64,000 nucleotides of DNA from the human T2T-CHM13v2.0 reference genome, Homo sapiens. Positions 45,276 through 58,102 of the stretch are shown in pieces (within the stretch, counting starts at the first letter, position 1; every line of letters begins with the position of its first letter). Position numbers and translations under genes: made by a program. The stretch lies in NCBI RefSeq assembly GCF_009914755.1, contig NC_060925.1, one strand, 5' to 3'. The notes below the pieces were generated by a model. The model saw nothing but the letters and a program-made list of their open reading frames with translations, searched no databases and had not been told where the DNA came from.

Positions 45276-46519
45276 TAGTATTTCAGTTTTAAAACCGGGT
45301 AAGTCTTGCAGAAACGGGGACTAGTTGGTCACCTGATCTTGCTATTGGTTCATTATCTCACCCGTCCCTGGCTTCCAGGGGATGTTCCAAAGTCATCCAT
45401 CTCAGATGGGGATTGGAAATGGGATAGGAGAATCCCTCCCCTTTTTCCACAACCACCCAGATGGGACAGAAATTCTATGATCTCCCTGGGGAATCCAGAA
45501 AGGGAAGAGGGTTGGGGCTGGGACTTGCCAAGTAGTCAAGTGGGAACATATTTGACCCAGTGAGTTCACTCCACCTCTGCTGTCACATCCCTGGTAAATC
45601 AACAGCTACTGGTTTCTCAGATTTTCTGTCTTAACCAACCAACCCTGGTCTCAGCACCAGGGACCAATCAGAAAAGGAGAGACCTGGGGCTCTTCTCCCT
45701 GGTCCTATAATGTTGGTATCTGACAACACCAAGACCAGCCATTTTGGAGAGAAGTTAGAGGACCGGTGATCTAAGTCAGCAATCTAACTGGGAGGAGAAG
45801 AGAGGGATTGGCCTGCAGCAAGGCCCCAAATTGTGTAAGTTTCACGCTCCAGGAAGCCTGGGTCTGCCCTTGAGAGGAGGCTCCTCACCCATCACACTTA
45901 GTAAATAGCCCCCAGGGATTCCTCCTCCACAGCACTCCAGGCTGTGCCACAGCTGCTGACCTCGTCCCTCTAAATTCCTCCAGGACGGCCCAGGCCTCCG
46001 CAATAAAATGGGGCCTCCGGCAATTGCCCAGATTTGCCTGGATTCTTGAAAGAGCTTTGATGAGCTCTTGTACAGAACTTTGCCCGCATTACTTTTGACT
46101 TTCATAGCTCCTTGTGAATTAGCCAGGAAAGCAAAAGCTAATTAAGCCACTTAATTAAGAACTGAAAGGAGGTTTAAAATTTCACCTCTAGGAAATGGTT
46201 CCAGGGTGGAGAGGACTGTATATTTCACACAGTATACTTTACTTCCCGGAAACTTTCCCTCCCATCTTGGTTATCCTACAGCATGTTAGCATTTATGCCC
46301 TTCACCTTACATAGCTTTGTGTGTATCTGTGTGTGTATTTAGGTAAATTCACTTATTATCTTTGCTGAGCGTGACTGTATGTCAGGTGCTGGGGCTAGGC
46401 ACTTTCAAAACAATACCATTTAAGCCTTCCAAACCCATGGGACGTAGGTACTATTATTAGGCTCATTTCAGGGATGGAAAAAACTGAAGCTTAGAATATA
46501 TTTTGTTGGAAGAGAATAG

Positions 46520-46843
<324 letters not shown>

Positions 46844-47859
46844 GGAATATATATTTTGTCATGAGCTGTGTTGGAGTAGAACTTGAATCTTGAGCCTGAC
46901 CCTGTCCTGCCCCTGTCCTGCCTCTGTCCTGCCTCGATCTCTGTCCAGAGACACATAAATGTACACGAACATATTTCATATGTGTATGTCATGCCACCTA
47001 TTACTTGGGGGCAAAGATTGTATAGTACAACGTTTCTTTAAAATCTCAGAATCCTGTAGATAACATTCTATAGATTTTACAGATTAAAAACAAACAAACA
47101 AACAAAAAAACTGAGGCAGGTCCAGAGTCACACAGCAAGTTAATCAAAAAGCACTACATCTAGAATTGCTGCCTTGGGAATTCAATGTGCATAGAGCTAT
47201 GGGGTTGGGAGCTAGCATTAGCTCAGGCTACCAGATGAATGAATTAATGAAGGAATAAGAACGAACGTATGTGTGAAGAGTGAGTAATTTAAGGGTGAGC
47301 TGGTTTGAGATCATCACAGTCAGATCTGGCAACAAAAGGTGTCATTGAGCTCCTAAGTGGTGTAAGTTTAACCTCCTGGTTCCCTCAATGCCAAGTCAAT
47401 TGCCAAGGATCCTGCTGACCTCTTGCCATGAACTTCTCCCCTCTGGACCAATTTTCTCTTTTTGAGGGGATTCCAGGATGGTATTTACCACCTCTTCAAA
47501 AGGAATCAAAGGAAAACAAAACACACAATAATCTTAAAAGGGCAAAGATTTTTTTTTCTCCCTTCCTTCTCCCCATCGGCAACACATGCATACCCCAGCA
47601 CTATTTGGTGCTAGATACTGTATGACTCAGCTTGCTTTTTTCCCAGGGGCTTTACTGGAGCAAGCTTGAGGAGGAGTAAGTGTAAAAATGCAGTAGGAGA
47701 TAAAGCTTGGGGGTAGGTGAGAATTTTCTACCATAGTGATGTGAACGGACTGCCCTCTTAGAAGCTCAGAAGAAGTGAAGACAGGAGGCCAAAATCAAAT
47801 GCACACTTCCCATCCCTCCCAGTCCCAGCTGGGTGCCAGGCAATAACCTTGCTACTCAC

Positions 47860-47936
47860 ATCTGCCTCGTTCCAGAGCCCTGGGATGCAGAAGGACTCCA
47901 GCAGGTCACTACCACACAGCAGCAGGATCCGTAGCT
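47860..47936 (-). CDS. NMNAT2: NMNAT2 exon 8
   Basis: cctcag|AGCTACGG...GCAGAT|gtgagt; [25 protein letters not shown], the conserved NMNAT LLCGxDLLESF...W motif; 77 nt. Confidence 0.96.
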
Positions 47937-49692
47937 CTGAGGAAGGGGAGCAAAGTTTGCAAAGGGAGTAAGTGGTGGCCCGGGAAGCATTTGACCCTCA
48001 GCCTTCTTCCCCTGGTGAATACATAACTCTCCCACCTTTGGGGATGTGGGGCCCAGTTATCCCAGGTGCCTCTGCCCCTGAGTGTGTGCAGAGCAGAAAC
48101 CCCTGCTCACCTCTTCCTCGGGCTCATTTCCAGACCACCCTCATCCCCTGTGGGAGGAATTACTCATGCAAGGAGAGTAGAGCATAGCGGGTGATCGACT
48201 GCCCTGGCTTTCCCAGGACATAGATCTTTCAGGGCTAAGCCAGGATGGTTCATTATTGTAACTGTGGCTGAGCCAGCTACGCATCTTGTCTAAGGTCTGA
48301 GGTACTCTCTCTTGCTCCCTGTCAAGCTCAAACGCCAACAGAGTTTGGATTCTCTGCTACTGTGCATTGTCTGGAGTTTGTCTCCCTGACATGGGAGGGG
48401 GTGTGAGGGGACAGTGAGTGTACCTTGAGGTAGCTGAGTGTATAAAATGTGTCACATGGCCACTGTCCCCAGCAAAGGGCTTGAGAAGCAAGGCTGAGGC
48501 CCCTCCCAGTGCCCATACTTTTCCTGGCACCCAGGCGCACTTCCTGCTTGTCAGTTGTTTTTCTTCCCTCATTAAGCTCACTCTGAATTATCCCAGTGAG
48601 GCCCATTGTTGTTTAAAACAGGCAGCAAACTGACTCACTTATTAAAACTGAGCAGTGGGGAACAACATTCTGAGAATACCGTGAGGAGAGTCCTCACCCA
48701 GGATGTGGCTCAGGGTGGAGCACAGCGTGGCTCCCAGGCGTTCCAGGCCCTCTCATCAAGAGGCCGAGGCTGTTGGGCATCTTGTCTGAAACAGTGAGGC
48801 AGGTCTGCACTGAGGGCACCACCAGCCTTCCAGAGACAGCTGCCAGCACAGGCCCTGGGGCCCTGAGGCCCAGGCGAGAGACAGAGAAGCTGCGGGCAGC
48901 CCTGCCTGCCTTAGACCCTGTGGCTAGTTCTGGGACCTGACGAAGGCTTTCAGGTGGTAAGCTGTCCCCTGCTGTGGAATGAGTCTCTAGGTGGGACTCC
49001 TGAAGCAGGGGGGAGGCTACTGGGCCAATGGTGGGCAATGCCAGCATCTCATGGTCCCAGGGTCAGGGCAGCCTTCCCACGTAAGGGAGCCCCACTGAGG
49101 ACTGGATTGTAACTATGAAATATTCCTGCATCCTGTCTTCTCTCCTCTCTAACATACCTTAGTCTAATGATCTGTTTGTGTGCAGGGATTTTCCTTTATC
49201 TTTACAGCCCCAGGGTCTGGCAGAGTCACTGGCATACAGTAGGTGCTCAGGCATGTTGAATGGGTAAGGCAACAGATGAGCTGACAACAGAGATCCTGCA
49301 GGCTGCCTTCCGGGCAATCTGGGAGGGCTGTGGTGACTATCGTGGCCTCTGCTCTTGCAGCATGGGGTCACTGGGGAGAATGTTTGCCTGAGTCAGTGGC
49401 GCCTCTGCGTTGCGCCATAGGATTTCTGGCCCAACTCCCCAACTGTGGAGAGGAACCACACTTGGTATTGCTGACAGGAGCCAGACTAGGCTTATTTCTC
49501 GGATTCTGTTGTTCCTCAGGCCCACTTGGAGCCACCCAGGGTTCTAGGTCAGTTCTCTGTTGAAAGGGCACGTCTCTGTAATTCTGACTGCCTATAAGTT
49601 CAGTTAGATCAAGCTTGTCCAACCCAAGGCACATAGGCCACATGTGGCCCAGGGTGGCTTTGAATGCAGTCTAACATAAATTCGTAAACTTC

Positions 49693-49993
49693 CTTTTTTT
49701 TTTCTTTTTTTGGAGATAGAATCTCCCTCTGTCACCCAAGCTGGAGTGCAGTGACACGATCTTGGCTCACTGCAACCTCCGCCTTTCAGGTTCAAGCAAT
49801 TCTCTTGCCTCAGCCTCCCAAGTAGCTGGGATTACAGGTGCCTGCCACCACACCTGGCTAATTTTTGTATTTTTAGTAGAGAGGGGGTTTCACCATGTTG
49901 GCCAGGCAGTTCTCAAACTCCTGACCTCAAGTGATCTGCCCACCGTGGCCTCCCAAAGTGCTGGAATTACAGGCATGAGCCACTACACTCGGC
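49693..49993 (-). mobile_element. Alu inside MER30
   Basis: Antisense dimer. Confidence 0.93.
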
Positions 49994-50082
49994 ATGTAAA
50001 CTTTCTTAAAACATTATGAGATTTTTTTTTGGCGACTTTTTTTCTTTTTTTTTGCTCATCAGCTATTGTTAGTGTTAGTGTA

Positions 50083-50387
50083 TTTTTTTTTTTTTTTTTT
50101 TTTTGAGATGGAGTTTCGCTCTTGTTGCCCAGGCTGGAGTGCAATGGCGTGATCTCCGGCTCACCGCAACCTCCGCCTCCTGGGTTCAAGCAATTCTCCT
50201 GCCTCAGCCTCCTGAGCAGCTGGGATTACAGACATGTGCCACCACACCCGGCTAATTTTGTATTTTTAGTAGAGATGGGGTTTCTCCATGTTGGTCAGGG
50301 TGGTCTTGAACTCCCAACCTCAGGTGACCCGCCAGCCTCGGCCTCCCAAAGTGCTGGGATTATAGGCTTGAGTCACCGCGCCCAGCC
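50083..50387 (-). mobile_element. Alu (AluSp/Sq-like) inside MER30
   Basis: Antisense dimer; TSD tagtgttagtgta. Confidence 0.94.
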
Positions 50388-50526
50388 TAGTGTTAGTGTA
50401 TTTTATGTGTGGTCCAAGATAATTCTTCCTCTTCCAATGTTGCCCAGGGAAGCCAAAAGATTGGACAGCCCTGAATTAGATGGTCATGTCAACAGGGAAT
50501 GTGCTGGCCCTCAGCTTTCTCTCATC

Positions 50527-50747
50527 ACTGGTTCTCAACTGAGGGCAATTTTGCAATTGCCAGGGGACATTGGGCAATGTCTGGACATTTTTGGATGTCA
50601 GGACTGGAGGGAGAGGGTGGCATGCTACTGGCATCTAGTGGGTGGAGGCTAGGAGTGCTGCTAAACATCCTACAATGCACAGGGAAGCCCCCCTCCCCAA
50701 CACATCTGTTCCCAAATGTCAATTAGTGCCAAGGTTAAAAATCCCTG
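50527..50747. mobile_element. MER20 DNA transposon
   Basis: ggttctcaac...ggggacattgggcaatgtctgga...tgctactggcatctagtgggtggaggc...gctgctaaacatcctacaatgcacagg. Confidence 0.85.
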
Positions 50748-53293
50748 CTTACAGCCATGAAAATAAATCTCTTTCCTATTCCCAAGCCAGGGACACACTA
50801 TCCCAACCAAATATAATATGGGACTTTTATGTTTTAAGCCAAAGCACAAAGAGTTCAAGAGTACGGTCTCTGCCACCCTTTCTTGCAGGACCAGTGCAAA
50901 CATTTAAGTCAGACAAGCGGCCCCAGCAGGGCTTGAGATCCCACATATGGCCACTGGAGGGCAGCAGTGACTTCTCCCAGTTTGTCCTATGAGGCTAAGG
51001 CAAGTTTCCAGCCCAACAGCCTGTGGTCTAGGGCAGCCCTGGAGGAGCAGTCAGCTGTTAGGAGCATGTAAATAGGGTCAACAGACGCTAATGGAGCTAG
51101 GAGAAAATGGCTTTTCCTCCTCATTTAGTGTGGAAGGAAATATTAAAAAAGGGGACACGTGAGCCCCAGCGCCTCACACAGCGCAGGAGTCGGGAGGCAG
51201 CGAGCTCCCTTCCAGCTCCTCTGGGCTAGCCTCCTTCCCCAGGTCACCCTGATCCAGGGCCACGAGCCAGAATGCACACTCTCTGTCCACACTCCCCTCC
51301 CAGGAATCCGGGCTATGTGAAGCCCGGGCCCTGCAGCCCATCCCAGTTTCCACTGCATGCAGCCACCACCTGGACCATGCCAGGACCTGAGCCCAATCTG
51401 ACAGCTGTGGCTGCTGAGCTGTCCTTTCTCGGAACCTAAGTGTTCTCCATTCTCTACCCCACACTGTCCTTTCTCCATCACATGCAGGTAGACCCTCCCT
51501 CTCAGCGAGCACAGGGGATGTGGAAGGGGACAGGCAGAGCCTCAGGGAAGCCAGAGGTGAGAGGTCACTCCCCAGCAGCATTTTTGGTCCCTGGCGGCTG
51601 GCTCACCATAACTCCAGAACTGCTATGGAGCAAGAAGAGTAAGCAGAGGCCCCTGCCCCTCCCGAGGTAGCCGTGAGCTAATGGAAGTGAACACAGCAGT
51701 ACGCTGTGCAATACTGATCACCACTGTCCTCTCCTGGAGGGGACTCCTTGAGTCAGGATGAGGAGTGCCTGATCCACCTGCCCCAGGCGCTAGGAAGGCA
51801 AGCAAGGCCATGGCTCAAGCTTGCCACAATACATCTCTGGACTAAGGAAAGAGAAATACACTGGAATACAATGAGAAGTCCTAAGGCTGAGCTCTGCTGG
51901 CCAAGGAGACTGCGTGGGAAGGCAGCAGGTGGTGACCAGGCTGGAACTGCAGGGAAGTGGAGTGCAGGAGCTTTCAGCCCAGCCCAGGCACCTTCCCTCC
52001 CATCCTTGCCTGTTGGGTGTTCTGGGTCTGGAGAACCTAGAGCCAAATGCTCCTGCCTGTTTTGGGGAGCAACCAGGAAGGCGGGTGCTCCTTCCTGTGG
52101 CCTTCAGAGAGTGACTTGCTGGTCAATAAAGGATATTAAAATTAGTAAAATAATCAAGAAGTGAGGAGTTTTGAGTATTCATTCCTTTTGTTTTTAATTA
52201 AATTTAATTTTAAGTTAATATAACTTAATTTTTAGTAATGGCTCTATTTAAAACTGGTTCACAAAATTCCTGAAAACTTTACAAATGGTTGTAGGAAACC
52301 ACCTGAGCCAATTCAGGGACACCACTGCACCTCAGATGAGAGGATGAGACCCAGAGAAGCCCCTTGAAATGACATCACATCTGCCGGGTCTGTGTGAACC
52401 AAGTGCTCAGGACAAACCCTGCCTCTCAGGATTGCAGTGGGAGCCCTGACTTCCAGTCCTTGGACAGAAAAGTACCAGGAAGGGATGCTTGGAGGATCTT
52501 TTCAGCTGGAAGTTGAAGATTGAGGGTGTGGACACCAGGCTGCCTTGCCCTAGAGCTCCAGGCATTCCTGATGTCACTGACCCTTCTTGTCCCCTGGTAC
52601 CTGTGCCAGCTCCAGCTCTATTCTGGTGTCTCCCTGCCCTTTCCCCAGCTTCAGACACCTGCGTCTCCCACCATTCTGAAACCCTGGGAAGATTTCAGTG
52701 TTCCTATCTGCTTCTCAATTTGCTTGTAGGGGTCATCAACTTCTTCCCACCCTGACAGCTGTGTAACCGCCCTCCACCGGCTCGGGCCTGCCCTGGCCTG
52801 CTCTGGTATTGGGTTGGGCAGGCAGCCCTCACACAGTGAAGTGCCTTAGCCTCTGCCCAAGGCTGCAAGGGAGGTGTGGAGGTGGCTTTCAGTCCCCTCT
52901 CTGTTTCTTCATCTACAAGCACTGAATGAGGAAGGCCGGGGTGCTCTTCTGCCTCATTTGTGTGCAGTGTCTGTGCCCAAAAGAAGGGTCTTTCCAGCTG
53001 GTGCCAAAGCTCAACTTTCATGTTTTTTAGAGGAGGGAGTGGAGGCTCTGAAGGAAAAATCACCAAATGATCCAGTCCTATCTCTTGGGAGTTGGCTGGA
53101 GTCCAGTTAAGAGATGTTAAAGGGAGCTAACTACGAATGCAATCTTAGCCTGGGAACGATCCCTCTTCCGAGAGGAGACCCTGCTGCAAAACAGTCCCTG
53201 GGTTTTCAAGCCTCTCTGCTCCCCATGTTGCCTGTCGTGAAGGCAGGGAGCTCCAAATGTCCCCATTTTCCGCACTTTCGCAGTCCCACTCAC

Positions 53294-53338
53294 CAATCTC
53301 TTCATACCGCATCACCGTGCCCAGATTGGCATTCTCAT
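53294..53338 (-). CDS. NMNAT2: NMNAT2 exon 7 (45 nt)
   Basis: ccttag|ATGAGAATGCC...GAGATTG|gtgagt; (D)ENANLGTVMRYEEI. Confidence 0.94.
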
Positions 53339-54008
53339 CTAAGGAGGAAAGAAGGAAGGTAGGGCATTAGGGAACAGGCTTCCTGGTACCCAACACACAG
53401 TCTGCCTGAGGGCCTCAGCAGGAATTATTGGGATGGGGTGGGGTGGGTGCAAGTAGGGGTGTGGTGTGCCACCTGAGGAGGGTGAATGGAGAGCAGTCAG
53501 GCATAAAACGGACAGGAAGCTTTCCTCCCGCTCCAGGAGCAGCACTTCACATTGCTGGGACTTTCAGAATGAGACAGCCTGGCTGGGGAGCCAATGCCGA
53601 ACACACACACGCTCATGCTGAGCGCCTTCTGTTTCTGTGTTTGAGGGAGGCTGGCCACAAGAGCAACATCCTTACAACCTAGGGAGATGGCTTTCTGGGC
53701 CACAAGAGGTGGCTGGCTCTCCTTAGGGATTACCTGGTTTAAAGAACAAGCACACTGTGGGTGCAGAACTTTTTCACATGGTGGAATGTAGCAAGTGCCT
53801 GCAGGAAGATGTGAAAGACTGAGTCTTCGATGTGCCCTTGTGTGTGCAACGCCTGTGTGGGGGGATACGTTGTGCACAAGTACGCACACACACACAATCA
53901 CGGGAATTTGCGGTGGGGGGAATGTGCTTGAGGATCTTTGCTGAAGGAATGAAGGGAGGAGAGAAAGAAAAGAGACAGGACTGGGAATCAAGTTCCTTGG
54001 TTCCTCAC

Positions 54009-54089
54009 CTACAAAGGTGAAACGCTCCACCGGCGGGCGGACACAGCAGATCCGGCTGAGGCTTTCTCCCACCTTCCCCAAGATCTTGG
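54009..54089 (-). CDS. NMNAT2: NMNAT2 exon 6 (central targeting domain; palmitoylated C164/C165)
   Basis: ccatag|CCAAGATC...TTTGTAG|gtgagg; (A)[26 protein letters not shown]; 81 nt. Confidence 0.96.
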   Translation of the reverse strand, partial: PRSWGRWEKASAGSAVSARRWSVSPL

Positions 54090-55379
54090 CTATGGGAGAG
54101 AGCAAGACAGACAGGGACAGAGTGGGAGAGAACAACTCACAACTGGCACTCATGTCGGCCCGGCATTGGGGCCGCTGTAAACATCAGGGTGCATGGACGG
54201 GGCAGGAGTGGGGAGCAGGAGGTAGCAGGAGGGTAGAGAGAAAGAACAGAAATATGACAGCACAAATTCCTTCTTCTCACTCACAGTCTGAGGCACACGC
54301 ATTGTGAGCCCTAGACTGGAAGCCATTTTCTGGTTATGTTTATTTCATTGTTGAAAACTTGGAAAATATAGAAGAGGGAAAATATAAAGAGGAAAACTTA
54401 ATGCACCCATAATCCCACCCCAAGAGATAACTCCTGCCAACCTGTTGGCATGTCATTTATTTTCTTTCATGTTTTAAATGTGTATTATGCAGGTATGTCT
54501 ACATAAAGTGGATCAGATTTTCCATTTAAAGGGCATATAGGCTGCTGGCTTCTTTCATTTTCTATATCATGAACATTTCTTCCCCAGGTTTGTCCCAAGC
54601 CTATCCTTAGCTGCTCCTCCCACTGGGCAGCTACACCCACATCCAAGGAGACTCAGCAAAGTACATGCTTGGAACCATTTCTGCTGGGCTAAGGCGCTCC
54701 TTCCCATGCAGATGGTCTTCAGAATCATCAGACATCCTATTTGGCTGAGAGGGATCTGGTTTTCAATTATCCCTCTGGGCTCCAATCCAGAAAAATTTTC
54801 TGAGCCCCCCACATGTAGCTGTATGCAAACTGTGAAATTCTGACTCTTCTTTGTGAATTACCCTGTTTATAATAGACCAATAATATAATAGCTTATGGTC
54901 TCCAGGCTTGAAAAGTAATATCAGAATCTGTCTCTTGGAGTTGGCTTGAAGAAAATTTTAGAGCATGGACCTGGGAGCCTGACAGTACTGAATATGAATT
55001 CTAGCTCTTCTACTTTTGAGCTGTGTGACAAATCAGCAAATCACTTTTCTTCTCTGAATCTGTATTCTATTTGAAATGAGAACATAATGTCTATATCACA
55101 GTATTACTGCATTAAATAAGAACGCAGGTAAAGCACGAGCATCATTTGGGCACATAGTCCTAGGTTTGGGGTATGTGTTGGTGCTCTCTGTCACTGGATT
55201 GATGGCTAAGAGTGTGGGGATTCTGGGTGCGGACCGCCTGGGTGTGACTCATGGCCCTGCTTCTTGCTCACTGTGTGACCTTTGGCAAGATCCTCAACCT
55301 CCCTAGAAGAGGCAGAGAAAAATGCTCCATTTTGTATATTCAATTCCCAGTTAACACAATTATTTCTCAAAATTTATGT

Positions 55380-55691
55380 ATTTTTTTGAGACAGGGTCTC
55401 ACTCTGTCTCCCAGGCTGGAGTACAGTGGCACAGTCCCCCAGTCCCTGCAACCTCCTCCTCCTGGGCTCAAGAGATCCTCCCACCTCAGCCTTCTGAGTA
55501 GCTGGGACTACAGGTGTGTGCCACCATGCCCAGTTAATTTTTGTTATTGTTATTATTATTATTATTATTTGGTACAGGTGGGGTTTCGTCATGTTGCCCA
55601 GGCTACTCTCAAACTCCTGGGCTCAAGCCATCCACCCACCTCAGCCTCCCAAAGTGCTGGGATTACAGGCGTGAGCCACCAGGCCCGGCCC
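55380..55691 (-). mobile_element. Alu (AluJ-like) with (TAT)n linker
   Basis: Antisense dimer. Confidence 0.9.
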
Positions 55692-55960
55692 TACGTTTAT
55701 ATTTAAATGCAGGAGAAGAGTGCACACCACCACCTGCCTCTCTCTGATTGTGACTGGTTTGCTCTTATGCTCAGTATTCAGGGTCCTCAAAGTATTGTCT
55801 CTGGACTAGCAGCATCAGCAGCACCTTATTAAAAATACAAGTCCTCTTTCCCCTCTCAGACCTACTGAATCAAGTTCTGGGTGGATCCCAGTAGTCATTA
55901 ATTTAACAAGCCCTCCACATGATTCTGAGGTCTGAGAATCACACATCAGTGTTCCCCTAC

Positions 55961-56087
55961 CTGCAGTGGGCTTGGTGGCCACGTTGCTGTTCTGGTAAAT
56001 GGGCTGGGGGGTCTCGTTTTGTGGCTGTCCGATCACAGGTGTCATGGAAGGTGTGTTGACATTGGAGAGGATGCAGCCAGTCACCCT
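55961..56087 (-). CDS. NMNAT2: NMNAT2 exon 5
   Basis: ccctag|AGGGTGACT...ACTGCAG|gtaggg; [42 protein letters not shown]; 127 nt. Confidence 0.96.
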
Positions 56088-57599
56088 CTAGGGAGAGAGA
56101 GAAGAGTGTTATTAGTCATGTGACTTTGAGAATCGTTTCAAAGTTATCTCCAAGTGGTCATCTGCTTGTCCATCATGGAGAGGCCACCCAGAGCTGAGGA
56201 AGAGCCCTGGGGATGGGTTCTAGACCCAGCTGCATCATGTGGTCACTAGGCTGGCAGGAGCAGCTCAGTGGGAGAAGCATGAGATGTGGTGTTATAATGG
56301 GTCCTGGGTCCAAATTTGGGCTCTGCCTCCTTCTAGCTATGTGACCTTGGACAGTTATTTCATCGCTCCTGAACCTCAAATCAGGAGTCTAACCATATAT
56401 CTGTCTTTTTCAGTTGTGGTCGGGTCACACAAGCGAGCATATGCAAAGTGCCTATGGGGTGCCTGACCCATGGCAGGAGCTCTGTCAGCAGCAGGCGATG
56501 CTGGAACCTTCTGTGTAACATGAATATCTGCCCTCCCCAAATGCTTCATGGGGCTCAAATGAGATCATGTCTGCAAAAGGGCTCTGTAAGCTTGGGAAAG
56601 GTCATACAAACACAAGGCACGATCACCACCTGCGGCCTCTTTGGGCCAGAGCTGTCAGTAACACAGCCAAGCAAGAGGGAGAGTGGTGCCAGGCAGCACA
56701 GGATGTGTTTGTGCTGCGGGAAGCAGGGTGGGTGGGTTCTGAGCACTCTCTCGCCTGCTCAGTGTGAATACACATGACAGAGCCAAGTGGAAATTCTGTG
56801 TGTATTATCTATTGTCCTGAGTTATCTGCCAGGCTACTCCTCACCAGTGCTGCAGAAAACACAGAGCTGATAAGGCAGCATTCCTCACAGCTGACCCAGA
56901 AGCAATCCCACTGGGCCAAGGTGATGGGGAGAGTAGCTGTTGGGCAACAGAGAAACAAAGGACAAATTCCCAATCTGTTTAGGTTCACAGGGGCCACTGC
57001 TTATTCAAGGTTTCTTCGTTTCCAAAAGCCAGCTGCCTGGGTACCCACCACCCACTCCTGCACGCTACCCTTTCTGGATTTGGGTTCTGCTGCCAGGGGA
57101 CCCCCAGGCCCAAGGCTGGGGTGATCTTCTGGGCACCTCTTCCACAGGCCATCTTGTGGGCAGAGCAGTGTATGAGTCCTTCTGAGCCCTAGAAGGGCAG
57201 CATTTGTCTTGTGGGGTAACCTGTCACCTTTGTAAGACTCCTGATAGGAGGAGGTCACATCTGACCACATCTGGGAGCCAGCTGGGGTGGGTACCACGGG
57301 ATCTTTTCACCTCTTGGTGGGATTCTTCACCCAGCTGTGGCTGGTGGGGTGGGAGGGATGGTCTGCCTCCATTTATTACTTCACCACCAGAAAAGAAAAC
57401 CCTGCATTTCTATTTCCTGATTGGCCTGGTAGCTGAGGAGCTTCTTCCTCTTGCTGCACTGTGGGTCGCATTTGACTTGTTCTATCTCTGAGAAGTAGAA
57501 AATGGCTGGCTGCATTCCCCGATCCTGCCCTCGTCAGCCCCCATGGGCTCCTGCATTCTCAGAGGCCTTGATATTGGAGAGTTGTCCCAAGTCACCTGT

Positions 57600-58102
57600 T
57601 AAGTCATGCATCTATCTCTGCGGCAGGTCTACTCTCCATGCAGGGAACACCTGCCTCATGCTTGCTAGGTGTTTGAAGGCTGAGAGTTCTTAGGAAGCAG
57701 CTCCAAGCTCTTGCTCCAAGACAGGGGGGCCGGCAGTGACCTACATTCTTTGCCAGCTTCTGCCCATCGCTGCAACAGCTGGGGTTCCTGGCAGAGCTTC
57801 TCTGGCCCAGACTTATACCCTGGGCATAAGTAACACAGGGAGAGTTCAGGAAGCCCGGGCATTTAGACATCAAATGATAGCCAGGCTTTCTGGCCAGTAT
57901 GGCCAGCACTGAGGAATGCCTGCAGGGTCCCCTTTCCTCTCTTCTGTCATGGAGCCTGAGGCTTCTGTGTGACCAGAAAGAGCACAGGACTGCAGGAACT
58001 CCCCAGGTGACATGTAGTGTGAGAAATAAACTTGTGTGAAGTCACTGAGCTTTTAGGGATGTTTGTCACCACAGCACGTCTTTGCCTATCCTGACTGATA
58101 CA
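57600..58102 (+). mobile_element. MaLR LTR (MLT1-family) relic
   Basis: 3' end tgtgagaaataaactt...gtttgtcaccacagca...cctgactgataca; 5' boundary uncertain. Confidence 0.5.

Larger units (their letters stand above)
49610..50473. mobile_element. MER30 (hAT-Charlie) DNA transposon split by two Alus
   Basis: Termini caagcttgtccaac / attggacagccctg; 8-bp TSD agttagat / aattagat; MER30 internal text resumes after each Alu. Confidence 0.78.
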
